Assembly (NCBI GenBank): GCA_028534125.1 | Contig: CM052817.1 | Span: 10,480,001-10,544,000, forward strand | Reading direction: 5' to 3' | Length of the DNA stretch: 64,000 nt | Origin: Lama glama | Taxonomy: Eukaryota | Shown here: piece by piece, positions 50,103-63,700 of the stretch | Position numbering within the stretch: the stretch's first letter is position 1 | How the letters are laid out: each line of letters starts with the position of its first letter | The notes under the pieces: generated by a model | What the model was told of the DNA's origin: nothing | Database searches by the model: none | The model's input: the letters and a program-made list of their open reading frames with translations, nothing else | Program-made: the position numbers and the translations under genes

Positions 50103-50503
50103 TGCTATGAATTTAATTGTGTCCCCGACCTCCCCAAATTCATATGCTGAAGTCCTCACCAGGGCTGCATCATCATCAGTGTGACAATATTTGAGGCTGG
50201 GACCTTTGGGAGGTACTTAGGATTAGACGAGGTTATGAGGATGAGGTCCTTATAATGGGATTAATGCCTTTATAAGAAGAGGTGCTGGAAGGCTCCGCCC
50301 CTCCTACTGTGTGCTCACAAAGAAGGGGTCATGTGAGCACCCAGCAAGACAGCAGCCAGGAAGAGAGCTCTCACCAGGAATCAAATCAGCCAGACCTTGA
50401 TCTTGAACTTTTCAGCCTCCAGAAGCATGAGAAAATTAATTCCTGCTACCCAAGGCACCCAGTCCAGAGTATTTAGTTAGGGCAGCCCAAGTTGACTAAT
50501 ATA
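50103..50503 (+). mobile_element. MaLR solo LTR, MLT1A-like
   Basis: tgctatgaatttaattgtgtccc...ccaaattcatatgctgaagtcct...ccttgatcttgaacttttcagcctccagaa...ggcagcccaagttgactaatata. 5-bp TSD ctcat/ctcag with 1 mismatch. Confidence 0.9.
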
Positions 50504-53500
50504 CTCAGACTTTCCTTAAAGTCTTTGGGGGCCTCCTCTGCCTGCTTCAAATTCCAAACCCCTTGTTCTGGCTGAAGCTGTCTTCAGCTTGTAACATTCT
50601 TGGAGAATTTTTCTTTTGGCCATCTGGGTCTGCCCGCCTCCATTCTAAAGCAGTCACATTAGGAAAGCAAACCGATACAAATCCAAAGCTATCTGAGGCG
50701 AATCCAGGCTCCTTTTTCAAAACTCACCCAGTCGGCCTTTCAGACTGTGGGGGAGATTTTGAGAACGTCGTCCCAACAGGAATTCAGAGGCCTGGCCTTG
50801 AACGGCAGATCTGTTTCTTCAAGGCAATTTAGTATAAACAATTCAGCCCATCAATCTGGAGCTGCTCAGATTCTAATCTGTCTCATTATAGATTCGAACC
50901 TGCTGCACAGAGAGAAAAAGCCTCCTTCCTCAAAGAGTGCTGTTTCAAGACACCCGGATTTATGATTTTCACCTCCCAGTCTTGCCTTTTCAAAGGCGCC
51001 CGGGACTTGGTCGGAGCTTTCTCATATAAATGCAAATACAATTATTACTTATGCATTTCAATACATCCTAAAATGGTAAAGGACAATACTCTGGCACTCG
51101 CAATAACAATGCCTTTCTTTTTGCCCCCCGCCGAGCTCCAAATGTTACTTCATTAGCGCGATTTGATCACAATGCTCTTTGCCACCATCGCGTCTATTCT
51201 AGAACCCAAGGAGGCTGCAAATGCTACATAATGTATGATTATTAACCTACATCAAGCAAATCACAGTGGCTCTGTATACTGTTTTTCTACTAATTCAGGC
51301 CCTCATTAATAACCTTAATTATCGGGCATGGACAGAATGGGATTTATACAGTACGGAAGCCTGAAACTGCTTTGGCAAACTCGTTAGCATCTCCAGCTAC
51401 AGTTCTATACAGAAGTCAAATTGGAAAATGTGAGAAACTGCCTAATACCGAAAGGCATATTTTGACAGGGGAAAGCTGGGATGGTTTCTCATCTGTCTGT
51501 AAAAACAAATACATACATCTGAAGTATCAGCTGTTAGAGACCAGGATGGAGGGGGGGGAAGGGGGATGCATTCTTCCCTGCAAAGAAGTTTGGCAACAAA
51601 GCAAAACCAATGCAAGTTGGACATGAACACTCTGCACTTAAGACACTGAATTATGCAAATCCATCCCTTTTTACCTGGTTTCTCTGCAATGGCAGACTTT
51701 TTCAGGTTGGGGGGAAAGGCATCGGGGGTGTACGTAATGCTCTGGGTTAGCTGCTGAGGTTACACAAATCATAGTCAGGGAAAGTAGCCTTGACTGGAAC
51801 CGGACACACATTTTTAAAATCCACCAGAACAAAAAGAATGAAACTGTGAGTCAGGACAGGCATCAAACTCAGGCCCTTTCTTAGATGGAGCGTTCAGGTG
51901 AAATGTAACAGCACAACAAGAGATGGTCCAAAATTCAATGAGGCCACTTGTTACCTTGAGGGGTCGCATTTCCCTACGTTTCATAATAACACAAGGTAGG
52001 AAGAAAAGGGGGTCTAATCTAGTCACTCCTGCTTATAGGATGCATTGGAGTGGGGATTTAGTTTAAATTTAAACCTGGAGAAGATGCTGTGAGCAGCCTA
52101 ATTCAGATGAACTTTAACAAATATCTGATAATTGTACAGGAATGCTTGGCATCTGATGCCTGAGCACTCTGGAAGCCCGTGACAAATACAGGGTGCCCGT
52201 ATGCCAGCTGGGAATTGTTCTTGGAATCAGGAATCTGTCTGTGACGGATCTGGCAAAGAATCTGAGCTATGAAACCAAACATTGACAACTCGAGGTTTAA
52301 TATATCTGCCTCGAAGGGAAGCGATGGGCTATAATGATCTAACGGAAAAGAAAGCCCCGTGGAAAGAGCAGCGCTGGGTAAAAATTCGTGTGGCACCAGT
52401 GAATCCAGGATTTGCTAATTTTCCAATGATCTGCTAACAGGACGAACGTTGCCTCGTGGTTTGAGAGGCACATACAAGCACTGCCTTCTGATACGACGCG
52501 TTCTGCTGTCTAACTACTGTACACAAACCACCCTCGTCATCAAGGCAATAATTAACTCCATTTTGATGTTGCCTAATTACCATGTTTACTTTTCACACTC
52601 TTGTCACATATTGGCAATATTTTTAAAAATATTGTTATTCATGGTAACAGATAAAACAAATAAAACCTTGATGCTTGGAAGAGACAAAGAGGTAGAAGAC
52701 AATAGATTATGTTAGGGAGGCAGCCTGGCACGGAGAGGAGAGAACGGGATTTGGATTCAGGAGAAACAAACGAACATACAATCTGAGTTAAAATTTGGAT
52801 TTGGCCTTTGCTTTCTCACCTGATAAATGATGCTACTGACCTGTTTAGACTTGTTGGATGGATTGGAGAGATGAGATGTTTTTTGAGATTCTTAACCTAG
52901 TTCATGGCCCATGGGTTCTCTTTAAGTGGCTGTAATGATGAGGATGATGATGGCTAATAAAAATGCCTCGTTCATCAGGTCTTTGGAGTAAGATGTTTGA
53001 AAACTCATGCACTGAGATGACTCATCCAGCAACGATAGAGTTAATCAGGTTGATTAAGTAAATGAGTGAACGAGAGAATGGATGAACGAATGCAAGAAAG
53101 AAGATGCTTTAAGGAACATACCAAGATTACTAATCACTAACAATTTCAGAAGTTGAACCGCCAGTCCCTAAATCAGGCTCTAGTGCTCAGAATTTGTGGT
53201 AGGGAATGAAACAACTTATTTTAAGACATTCCCAAGTGAACATTTTTGCACTGATGGGCACCACGTCCTGGGCTTTGCCCTCACCTCATCCTGCATGGAA
53301 ATGTTCATCCACGTCCAGCCCTCCCCTGCCACCCCCTTCCCTCCCTCTGCCACCACGTCTCCCCCCTCCACTCCATGCCTCCCTTCCAGCTGTTGCCCAC
53401 ATGTGGGATGCCCCGACTTCTCATTTTGCATTGAAGACAAGGGAGAACTGGTCCCCATCTTCTATGGACTCAGCTATGAAGTGAAAGGCTGTAACCTGGG

Positions 53501-54759
53501 TACAAAACAAAGAGAAAAGTCATCCCTCAAATTTGGGTTGATCGTGTGCCTAGACGGGATGTCAAACTATGATGTCTCTTCATATCTAAGCCTCCTGTAT
53601 TTGCATTCCAGGTCACCCTCGTCTCCCCTGACATGGCGGGAGACGGGGAGCAGGAGGTCTCAGGGGTCCTGGAGGATCTGCAAGAAGATAATCTCAAACC
53701 GACTCACCAGGGGAAGTGGCTGCCCTTCCCCCCACCCCGGATCTATCTATCTTCACTCTAAGAGAAGAGCCATTGTCCACGGAGCTGGCACAGTTCCAGA
53801 GCCTCTGGGCAGCAGCCGGTATGGCCAGAAACAGCGGCCTGTGCAGTAGGAGGCCAGCCCCTGCCTCCTGTGTCCCCCTCCCACTCTGCTCCCTGAGCCT
53901 CGGCTCTGGGCGGGAGTGATCACCTCCACCCGCCTGCCCCCTTGGTTCTCAGGCACACACATTTCACAGACGCCAACTCAGCCTCATTCACCTGCACACA
54001 TTGTTCTCCAATCTTCCGTGCCTCTCAGAGGACTACGAAAAACAAAGGTGATGGAATAAAATCCTTCCAAATAGAAAAATTAGTTCTCCCCATACACTAT
54101 TCCTAAGTGTGTCTAATCTTTACATTGTCTATTTGCCTACATTTTTTAAAGGCTCTCTCTACCCTCAGCTTTGATTTACTCTTTTATCTACATCTCATCT
54201 CATGTAATATTTCTGTAGCACTGAATCAAAAAAAATAGGGCACTGAACAGGAGAGGAGGTTAATACTTTAGCAGAAAACAAACAAACAAAAGAAATGTAT
54301 TGAAGTAAGTATAGGGGAGCCTAGACAAGACCCAGAATCTTCCTGGAGGCAAGGTATCCAGCTGAAGGTTTGGGAACTTAATCTATATCATACCCTCCAA
54401 TGTCTGAAGTGTTGACAATCTGTTCTTCAGTTTACTGAAAAAAAAAAAAAAGTCTAGAATTTGTAGCCTTTTCTCTTTAGGAAGTAACATAAAATGTGGC
54501 AAAACTCGTATCAGCAGAGACATTTACACAAAAAGATTTGTTGTCAGATATTTAAATTTTTTAAAACCTAAACCAAAAACACAAAAATTGTGGAGTGTTT
54601 CTTTGGGGTCTTAATTTTGATTTAATCCCCTAAAGCCAGAATAATGAAAAATATTTCTGTTAACCAATTTATGCTTGGATTTAGTTTTAAATATAAATAT
54701 TAGTAATATAGGTATTTTTATATATGTAAAGAAAGTGAGTGAAAATAGAAATTTAAAAT

Positions 54760-55410
54760 GTATTTTTTGTAATAATGACCAGTGCTACTAGGAGTACAGG
54801 GAAACGGACTTCTTCTTTACCTTTTGCTAATAGGAGTTTAAATTGGTACAAATTTTAAGTACCAAAATTTGGCCATATCTATTAAAAGACACTAAATAGA
54901 AATATATTTATAAAGTCTAGATCACTTCCATCCAGCAGTTTTCTTTTGTGAATTTATTCTAAGGAATAAACTAGGTTTATTCACAAAGATTTAGTGACAA
55001 GATTGTACATTATGACACAATGAACAACAAAGATTAAAAGAAAAAATTGAAACACGCTAAATATTTGATGGCAGGAGATCAGTTAATTATATGAATCTCA
55101 TTTATAAAATAGAATATTACACAGGCATTAAAAGGGATATCATAGAAGACAACTTTATGTGAAGAAGATGCTGATTATATATTGAGTGAAGGAAAGAACA
55201 ACTTAGGAAAAGTGCAGATTATATAGCTCTAATTTTGTGAAGAAAGAACATTTAAACATAGAAAACAAAGATTGGAAATACATAAACTAATATTAAGTGA
55301 TTTGTCTCTGAGCTATAGATAATTTCTATTTTTACTTTTTCTTCTTTTTTCTTTTCTGTATTTAAAAAATTGTCTTCAATGAGCATTTATTGCTTGTGAT
55401 TTTTTTAAAC
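54760..55410 (+). mobile_element. Very old LINE-1 (L1ME-like) 3' fragment
   Basis: gggaaacggact...aaattggtaca...tttggccatatctattaaa...ccagcagtttt...gaatttattctaaggaa. Confidence 0.65.
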
Positions 55411-55849
55411 AATTTATACTCAAGGAAGAGGTTTTAGACTAAGAATATACCTTTTATGGTGAGTCCATAGTACTTATAGATAGCTAGTTCCTGTAGTCAT
55501 TTAAATGAGTTTGTTTTAACCCCAGATCACACTCAATTCAGTTTAATAGTTAAGATAGTTGAGTTTGATAGTCAAGGTAAGAGATATGAAGTCAAAAGTA
55601 TAGGATTCAGGGGCTCCCTTTAGAATCCCCAATGGGGGGTAGCAATACCCAATGCAGTGAACTGTTTGGGAGGGGTCTATAGACGAGACCTGTCACTCAA
55701 AGCATCAGGAAAACAAAGTTTAGGGATTTCACAAGCTCTGTCGTTGGATACACCACTGCCCCTCACCTGTCTTCCCACTATCAAGAAGGGATGTACAACT
55801 TTCCTCATCCTGAGACCAAAATAGTGGCAATTATTATGATTTTTATAAT

Positions 55850-55913
55850 GAAGAAGAGGAAGAAAGAAGAGGAATAAGAGGAGGAGGAAGAGGAGGAAGG
55901 AGAGGTGAGGGGG
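55850..55913. repeat. Polypurine (GAA/GAG)n low-complexity tract
   Basis: gaagaagaggaagaaagaagaggaataagaggaggaggaagaggaggaaggagagg. Confidence 0.85.
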
Positions 55914-56802
55914 TAGCTCTTAAGAATAAGACACATGAGGAGCTGTGAACACTGGAAATCTTTTTTTTCCGCCTTCATATGCTACACTGCCCAAGACCAG
56001 AAGCTCTCATCCAGCCTTTATGACCTTTGATGTTTATTCCTACAGGACATAAAATGAATTTGTATTTTGCTATACAAAATCCACATTGACTCATATCAAA
56101 TGGAAAGATACACTCCGTTTTCACACTGTCTATGGAGACTTTTAAGGAGGTGTCAGAGGAAAGTGAAAATCTGGTTTGTGTGTATTAAGTATAAGGAGAC
56201 ACAGAACATTTGGCAAATTAATGAACAAATGTTAGGAGTGTTAAGTGTAGAATGAATGAATATGCGAATAGATGAAATAACATTTGCGGTCCCATATTGA
56301 ATACATTCTTACCATGGATTGTTTACCCATAGAATATGCAAATCTTCTCAGTGCATGCTGGGATAGTTCTAGTAATTTGGGGTTCTTTGATGAAGGGGGC
56401 AGTTAAATATTCTGGACTGGATTTTTATAAATTAGAAAATCTCTGTCATTTTGGAATATCTGTCCCAAAATTTTATGTTAGAAGAAATTAAATTTAATTT
56501 TAAAAAAGAGAGCGAGATAGAACAAGATAGAAATAGAGAGAGATTGAAAGAAAGGGGGCCTTCCAGTTTTTCAAATGGGGAAACTTTCAAATGGGGTCTC
56601 TTTAATGAAATTAATCTAAGGCACCACCAAAATTATCTTCCTTCAGAATATTGGATCTTGACCCCTCTATCAGTTTCTGAAACTCCTTTGATGGTATAAA
56701 TATTTTAAATTTTCTTTTGCAGACAATTACTTGAAGAAGGCATGAAGAGCAAGTACAAAGCAGAAATGAAAGAAGGGTTAAGTTGTTATCATTTTAAAAC
56801 AC

Positions 56803-56872
56803 ACAATAGCCAAGATATGCAAGCCACCTAAGTGTCTATTAGTGGATGAACAAATAAGCAAAATGTAGTGTA

Positions 56873-56913
<41 letters not shown>

Positions 56914-57392
56914 GAATATTATTCAGCCACAAAAAATGGCACATTTCCATCTTGCCAGTTGTGGCAACATGGGTGCACATAGAGGGTATTATGCTAAGTG
57001 AAATAATTCAGAGAAAGACAAATACTGTGTGATATCACTTATGTGTGGCTTCTAAAAACCAAATGACCCAACAAAGCAGAAACAGACTCCTGGTTACAGA
57101 GAACAAGCTGGTGGTCGCCAGCAGGGAGGGAAATAGGTGGTTGGGTGAAATAGGTGAAGGGGATTAAGAAGCACCAACTTCCAGTTATAAAATAAATAAG
57201 TCTTGGGGGTGTAATATACAGCACAAAGAATATGGTTAATAATCTTGTTATAACTTTGTATGATGACAGACGGTTACTATACTTACTGTCGTGATCAGCT
57301 GGTAAAGTATGTAAATGTCAAATCACTAAGTTGTACACCTGAAACTAACACAATAGTGTATGCCAACTATTCTTCAATAAAAACAAACAAAC
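56803..57392 (+). mobile_element. 5'-truncated LINE-1 3' end with internal (CA)n (56876-56910)
   Basis: acaatagccaagatat...cctaagtgtc...agagggtattatgctaagtgaaataa...gttgtacacctgaaactaac...caataaaaacaaacaaac. The 3' UTR differs from the 4333 and 34209 copies. Confidence 0.92.
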
Positions 57393-60171
57393 AGAAGCAA
57401 CTTATTTTTTTAATGAGGTAGATTGCATTTTACACCTGAATTCAAATTTTCATATTTTTAAAAATTAAAATTAAAAGGCACTATAATAGGATGTGTTCAT
57501 TTGTTGGGTTAAATGAGGGAGGCTCCTTGAACATGAAATAAAGGAGTCATGGGATAAAGTGGTTTAACACGTATGATCAGGAGAAACAAATAATGAAAAG
57601 TTTTAAATTTGGACTCGGAGATGGGAAAGAGCTACTAGAGATGTCATGGCGAGACCTCAATAAATATTTCTTGGTTTGGTTGTATGAGCACTAAACTAGG
57701 CCATCTCCCATTTGAAAGAAATCAGCTTTGTTTTTGAGTCTCTGAAAGACAGTTTTCATCATTTCTTCTCCTGGCAGACACCCAACTGTTTAAATTCTTC
57801 TTTCATCTCGTTGCGTTTGGTTCTATTCCCGCGCACACGGCCCTGCGCAGGCCACTTGTGAGCCTTGGAGGATTGTAGGTGTCTCTCCCGATGCCATCAG
57901 TTGCTTAGCTACATTGCGAGTCTTTTGTTCTTTGCCCGTGGATCAGTCCCACCAGGCCTTCAATCGTGTGAGCTGTTCTTTTGATTGTCCTTCCATATCG
58001 CTTGCCCTTCCTGCTGCTAAAATCAGCATGCCAGGTTCCAACTCATGAACTTTTGCATCAGTTTGATTTTTGTCTCATGCTAATGTGGTACTTGTCTAAT
58101 GTAACTCACGGCCTTCTGGGGCGTACCCACTCCCGAGGCTTGTCTCTGCCATTGGAAAACTGCATTCTGGCGGACTTGTGAGCAAATACACATTTTTCTC
58201 CTATGCAGATTACTCTGTCTGTCCGTCCTAAGGCACATTTTTGTTCATTGTTCAGCAGGCTTTTCAGTCCTAATGACTACTTGGAATATCTCTTTAATGT
58301 AATCTATGTACCTTATTTATACTTGGAAAACAATCTTAGCCTCCATATCATAAGTATAGCATTTCAGTAACGAGTCTAAAATGCACAGCACATCTCAGAA
58401 ATACACGGCTTGGAAAGACTCTCTCAATCAGAAACGCTACTTGTGGACCTAAATCAAGCCCTTTAAAAAATGCATTAACTTTCTCAAGTAATCAGGATCA
58501 AAAACATAATTTGATAATTGATAGTAGTTATAATCAAGATTTCAAATTCTATTTTAGGTCTGATTCAAAGCCACAGAATTATGGGACTTTTGAAGCCTCC
58601 AGTGACGGTGAGCTCTGCGTCTCATTCTGAGGCAGACCCTTTCACTTTGGAGAACTGATTTTTTGAAAGCTCTTCCTTTTGAAGCATGGCACGCTACCAA
58701 CATGTTACTTTCATTGCGTCCAACTAGTTCTGGTTTATATCTATGCCAACTGTGGCGCGAGGTGAAGTATTTGGTATCGGAGACGAAAAGATGAAGAGGC
58801 TAGAATCAGTGACTGAGGACATCTGCAATAAGGTTCCAGCTGAGCATCGTGTAAACAGACAACCGTGAACCATGAGAACCACAGCATCGTGGTTGTGGTA
58901 CATGTCACGGGCACAGGGAGAAGGTCACCATCCAACCTCTTGAGAGAACTAGGGAGAGAGTTGAGCTATGAAGAATGAGTACCAGGTAGAAAAGACGAAA
59001 AAAGCATCCAAGATGATTCATCCTATCCCAAATCTAAAACGTCTTTACCCTGTTTGCCCGATAGATACATGACAACTCTGTGTTCACTTTAATTTGTCTC
59101 TTCTCCCAGGTACATTTATTTTCTGAGATGTTTTCACCCTTTATAACTTCCTCAGAGAGGTTGAGCTTGACTCCCCCACCCCTGCCACCTCCACAGCGCT
59201 GCTGTAGAGATTGGTTAAGTCTGGGATCGCTCTTCTGGCATCCCATGTATTTTGTGCATCAAACTTATTACAACTGAAATTAATTCACAATGAGTGTGTC
59301 TTTATTAGCTCTCTATCCCTCAAGAATCTAAAGCCTAAATTATCTAGAATCACCCAGCGTCTAGAGTCTATTCTGAACCTCATGAGGACAAGAGCCAAGG
59401 CTGTCTCATTACTGCATCCCCAGAGCAAAAGCAGAGTAAAGGGCACACGTTTGTTGAACAAACACATGAGTGAACAAAGGCATTACACCACATGGTTTTG
59501 GGTCCTTTTAGCTACAAAGAGCTCCAGCTGGTTTAACCTATAGCTTACAGGATTGAACCCATGTTTCCAGGCTAGTCCACTCTACTTCTAGATGCAGGGG
59601 AAAGGAATGCCAGGAAAAGCATTTTATAAACCACAGAAGCCCCTAGATTTGGATTTCCTGGTTAGAAAGGATGATGGAAAAACCACTTTTCTAAGATCCT
59701 GAAGGGTCACCAGAGAGGGAGGATTCAGAGCCCCGCAAACAAAGGACATGTGGCCAGACCCAGACCTTTCCTTCTAGGCTAGTCAGTATGTTAAGAAGCA
59801 AAGGACACTCATGGAATCAGACAGCCCTCATCACATTTTCTGTAGGTTTCATGTGCCTGAAAACCCAATAATGCCTTAAAAACCACAGAGCAGTTCCTTA
59901 AAGCCAAGCTCCAGCCACGCCAAACAATTAATCGTTTTCCCTAAATAACTTCTTTTCCTCCCTTGGGATGTGCTTCTTCCACTCTATTCCTTTCTCACTG
60001 TCCCCACTCACCTTGACCTCTGCCTACCTGAACTCCACCCATCGTCCCTGCCATCTCTCTCAAGCCCCCCAGCAGAAAATCACCTCCCTTCTTGGGCTTC
60101 ATGGGGCATTTAACCCTCACTCGATGACATCTGCCAGGAAGTCTTGCATCATAATATACTTGTCTCATGTC

Positions 60172-60789
60172 CCTAGTAAGCAGAATTCTAGAATGTCCAC
60201 CAAGATTCTCACCCCCACCCCCAGTTTATGCAGCCTGCACCATTCTCTCCCCTTGTGTGTGAGTACTTGTGACTGTGATGGGCTATTACTGCATGATGAT
60301 GTCACGTAAGAGGGCAGAGGGATTGTGCAGATGTAAAAGAAGTCCTTAAACAGATCAAGTTCATCAAGAGCGAGATTATCCTGGGTGGGTCTGACCTAAT
60401 CAGGTGAGTCCTTAATGTCCGAGAGACATTAAGGGAGAGATTCTCCTGCTGATCTAGAAAGATCAAGCTTCCATGTTGTGCAGAGGACCACATGCCAGGG
60501 AACAGCAGGAGGCCTCTGAGACCTGCAAACAGTCTAGTTAATTGTAAGCAAGAAAGTGGGAACTTCAGTCCTACATCTGCAAGAAACGGAATTCTGCCAA
60601 CAGCTCCGAGTCTCAGATGGGGTCACAGTCCTCAATGAATGTCAATTTCAGCCCTGTGAGACCCCAGGCAGAAGTCCAGTTAGCCAGTGCCTCGACTCCT
60701 GACCCACAAAAAATGTGAAATAGTAAATGTGTGTTGTTTTAAGCCACTAAGTGTGGTAATTTGATATGCTACAACAGAAAACTAAAACA
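60172..60789 (+). mobile_element. MaLR solo LTR, MLT1E-like
   Basis: gcagaattctagaatg...gagattatcctgggtgggtctgacctaatcaggtgag...gaattctgccaaca...gtgttgttttaagccactaagtgtggtaatttg...agaaaactaaaaca. Confidence 0.88.
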
Positions 60790-63700
60790 CCTACTAAATA
60801 GATCATCTCCAATTTTTTGCACAACACTGAATTCAAAGAATTTAGTGACATTTCCTATTGCTCCTGGCTCTAAAGGATTTTGAAGATGATCCAAAGAACA
60901 AAACTAATATATGGTTCCTTTAAACCATGTTACTTCTAGACTCTATCCCATAAAAAAGGAGTATAGAACTGTTAGCTGGTTCCTAAGTGGAATCCTGTGT
61001 TTTATAAAGAATCGAGAGACATGAATTCGATGCTGGCTCTATCACGAACTTGCTGATGGCCTTGAACAAGTCAATGTCAAGGCAATTTCTTGGTATGTTA
61101 TCTACAATTCCATTACTAAAATAGCTAGTACTTGTTGATAAACTCTCATGTATCACAGACTGCGTATATATTACCTACAAATATCCTTCTCCCACAGCCA
61201 GACAGACATCATGCTCATTTTACAGATGATAATAGTGAGGCTTAGAGAGATAGAGTATAATAACCAAGGTCATACAGTGACTACAGGACGAGGTCATAGT
61301 GTGAAGGTTGTCTGTCTCGTGGGCCTGTGCTGTTAAAGTGAGGGGTTACTGTAGGGTCCTCTCTAATTGGATCACCCCAGAGACACAGATGGAGTGTGTG
61401 ATTTCTGCAGCACAAGGCCAGGGGAAGACTCTTCCCCCGCACCTCCGAAGTGAGTCACATCTGAGTTCCTGGCGGTACAAATGGGTCCAGGTTTAGATGA
61501 CGACAGAGACCCACAGCCCAGGCACGGAGCTGCACAGATTTAAGACCTTGTTTACTTGGAACAGCGGAAAGGAAGTCAGGCGTGAACCTTCTGAGCTTCA
61601 AAGATTTTCTCAGGGCCCGTTTGGGAATAAGCATAAATCTTCACATTTATCCAAAGTTTAGCAAATTCACAATGACAAATGTAACAGTTCCTCTAAATTG
61701 AAGTTCATCTCTTGGCAGTTTGGAAGGCTTGGAGAAAATGCCAGCAACCAGGACTTGGAAGGAAATCTTTAGATTCCCTGAAAACATAGATAGTTATTGT
61801 GGAAGACATTTGGAGGATCCCATACTGAACTGAAAAAGAAAATTTATAAATGTCAGCTTTGTAGCTGCAACGTTGGAATGATTTAAAGCAATCCACACTT
61901 AACTCCAATGAGAAGAAGATGCCGGGGGTTCACATTCGCCATTAAGAACTAATTATTCTTAACCTGTGCTATTTCCTGGAGGAATCGATGAGGAGAGACG
62001 GGGAGAAGTCTCCAGAGTTCAGAGCAAGAGAGTAGAGTTATTTTTTTTAACCAAACACGTAAGATTCAAAGATTCTCTACTGTTTGAAGAAGATGCCGAA
62101 AGCTGGGATGGTGAATGGTTGGACAACAAAAGAGGCATCTACCGCGGAAGAGTTGGGCTCTGAGTCTCTGCGGGCCTCTCTTCCTTCATCTCTACTTACA
62201 AATGGTCGATATATCTAGTTCTGGCTTGCGGCAAAAATGAAATGAGATACCGCCATCCAATCCCACCTAGCGAATGTGAGCCACAGGTCTCCTAGCTGTC
62301 CCTTCCAGCACAGGCACCAAAGCTCCAGAAAAGAATAAGGCGCAGTCCTCTCCCTCCATGAGTTTCCAGATGGTTCTGATTTATGAAAGCATTTTATCAA
62401 CTGCAAAGCATTGTCAGAATGCTTGTCGTTTTAACCCATTCACCAGTCCAGGAGGTTACTGTTGGACACATTTGAAAAATACCAAGACAAGAATCCACTG
62501 AGTATGAGTATCTGACTCTTTTTTTTTTCTCGCAAATTAGAATATCATAGCAAGGATGACTTCTTTTGGCCTAAAAATTGGAAGCTGTAACTGTGTCTCT
62601 TTTTAAGCAAAACCACTGTTAATATTGGAGGGCCTTGAATTTTTTTTTTCCTTTCCAAAGGGAAAGAAGTAATAGGTAAAACTGGGACTCAGAACCAGGG
62701 AAAGTGGGAAGAGAAATGATCTCATATACATTTTTCCTTCCCTTAGGGATTGGTCATCTACAATTTGCTTCCTGAAGGCTCTGAATGGAGATGGTGCCAA
62801 TTAAACAATGCCCTGGTTGGCTACAAAGCCCAGAGCTGAGAATGGGAAGAACACACTAGAAACACCACCTGCCAAGAGATGCAGTGAGACCTCAGGAAAG
62901 ATATTACAAACATCTAATGAGAAATACGCAAGTTCTTAGAACTTCTGTAGCTAATGTCAATGAGGCAATGTGCCGAAGAGAAACCTGGATTGAATCAGTC
63001 TTTTAATATTTCCACAGCTGGGCCTGCTTGCATGAGGCTGGTGGATCATTTTCTTAAATAAGGCATGGTGCTGGTCTGACATTAGTTTAATATAGTAATT
63101 ATCAAGTGAAAAATAGCTACCGCACTGCCGTGAACCTGAATAATAATGCTCATAATTGCTGATTTGGGGCCCATCTTTAAAAAAAAAATAGACCTTTAAG
63201 TACTAAAACATTTCATAGGAAATACGTTCAGGTACCATGTCTAGAAGTGCGGAGAACTACTAAGGATACAATTAGCAGTTTATTTACGTAATCAGTCAAA
63301 CACTATTTATCATTTCTGTTATGGTCCTATTGAAAAGAAACAAATCAGCATGGGAACATCAAGTTATTTTATGCAGGCAGCCCTGAAAAAGTTATCATTA
63401 ATTTTTTTTTAAGCTTGAAAGTTGAATTGTACTAAATGCCTCTGTTGAAATCTGAATAAGCATAGTTGACTTAATCAAATGCTAGCACTACTTCATATAT
63501 TTGACATGACAAACATATCCAGGGGAAATTTTACCTGGACAAATACCTCCCTTAGGTAACTAACTTCAATTTTTGGAATATATTCAAAGCTTGCACTGAT
63601 TCTGAAACAACACACAAATAGCCTTCTACTGAGAGCCATCCCAAGTGGTTGATTTTTACCTGGAATATGAGAGTAATATGGAGACACCATGAATGTCTGT

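Noticed and set aside
53196..53849. 217-aa ORF, the longest gap-free ORF
   Set aside because: GTG start, Pro/Ser low-complexity stretch from a C-rich tract, no recognisable domain and no promoter or splice context. Compatible with chance.
57680..58200. Processed pseudogene or CR1/L3 reverse-transcriptase remnant on the minus strand
   Set aside because: No convincing peptide similarity, poly-A or TSD by eye. A profile search is needed.
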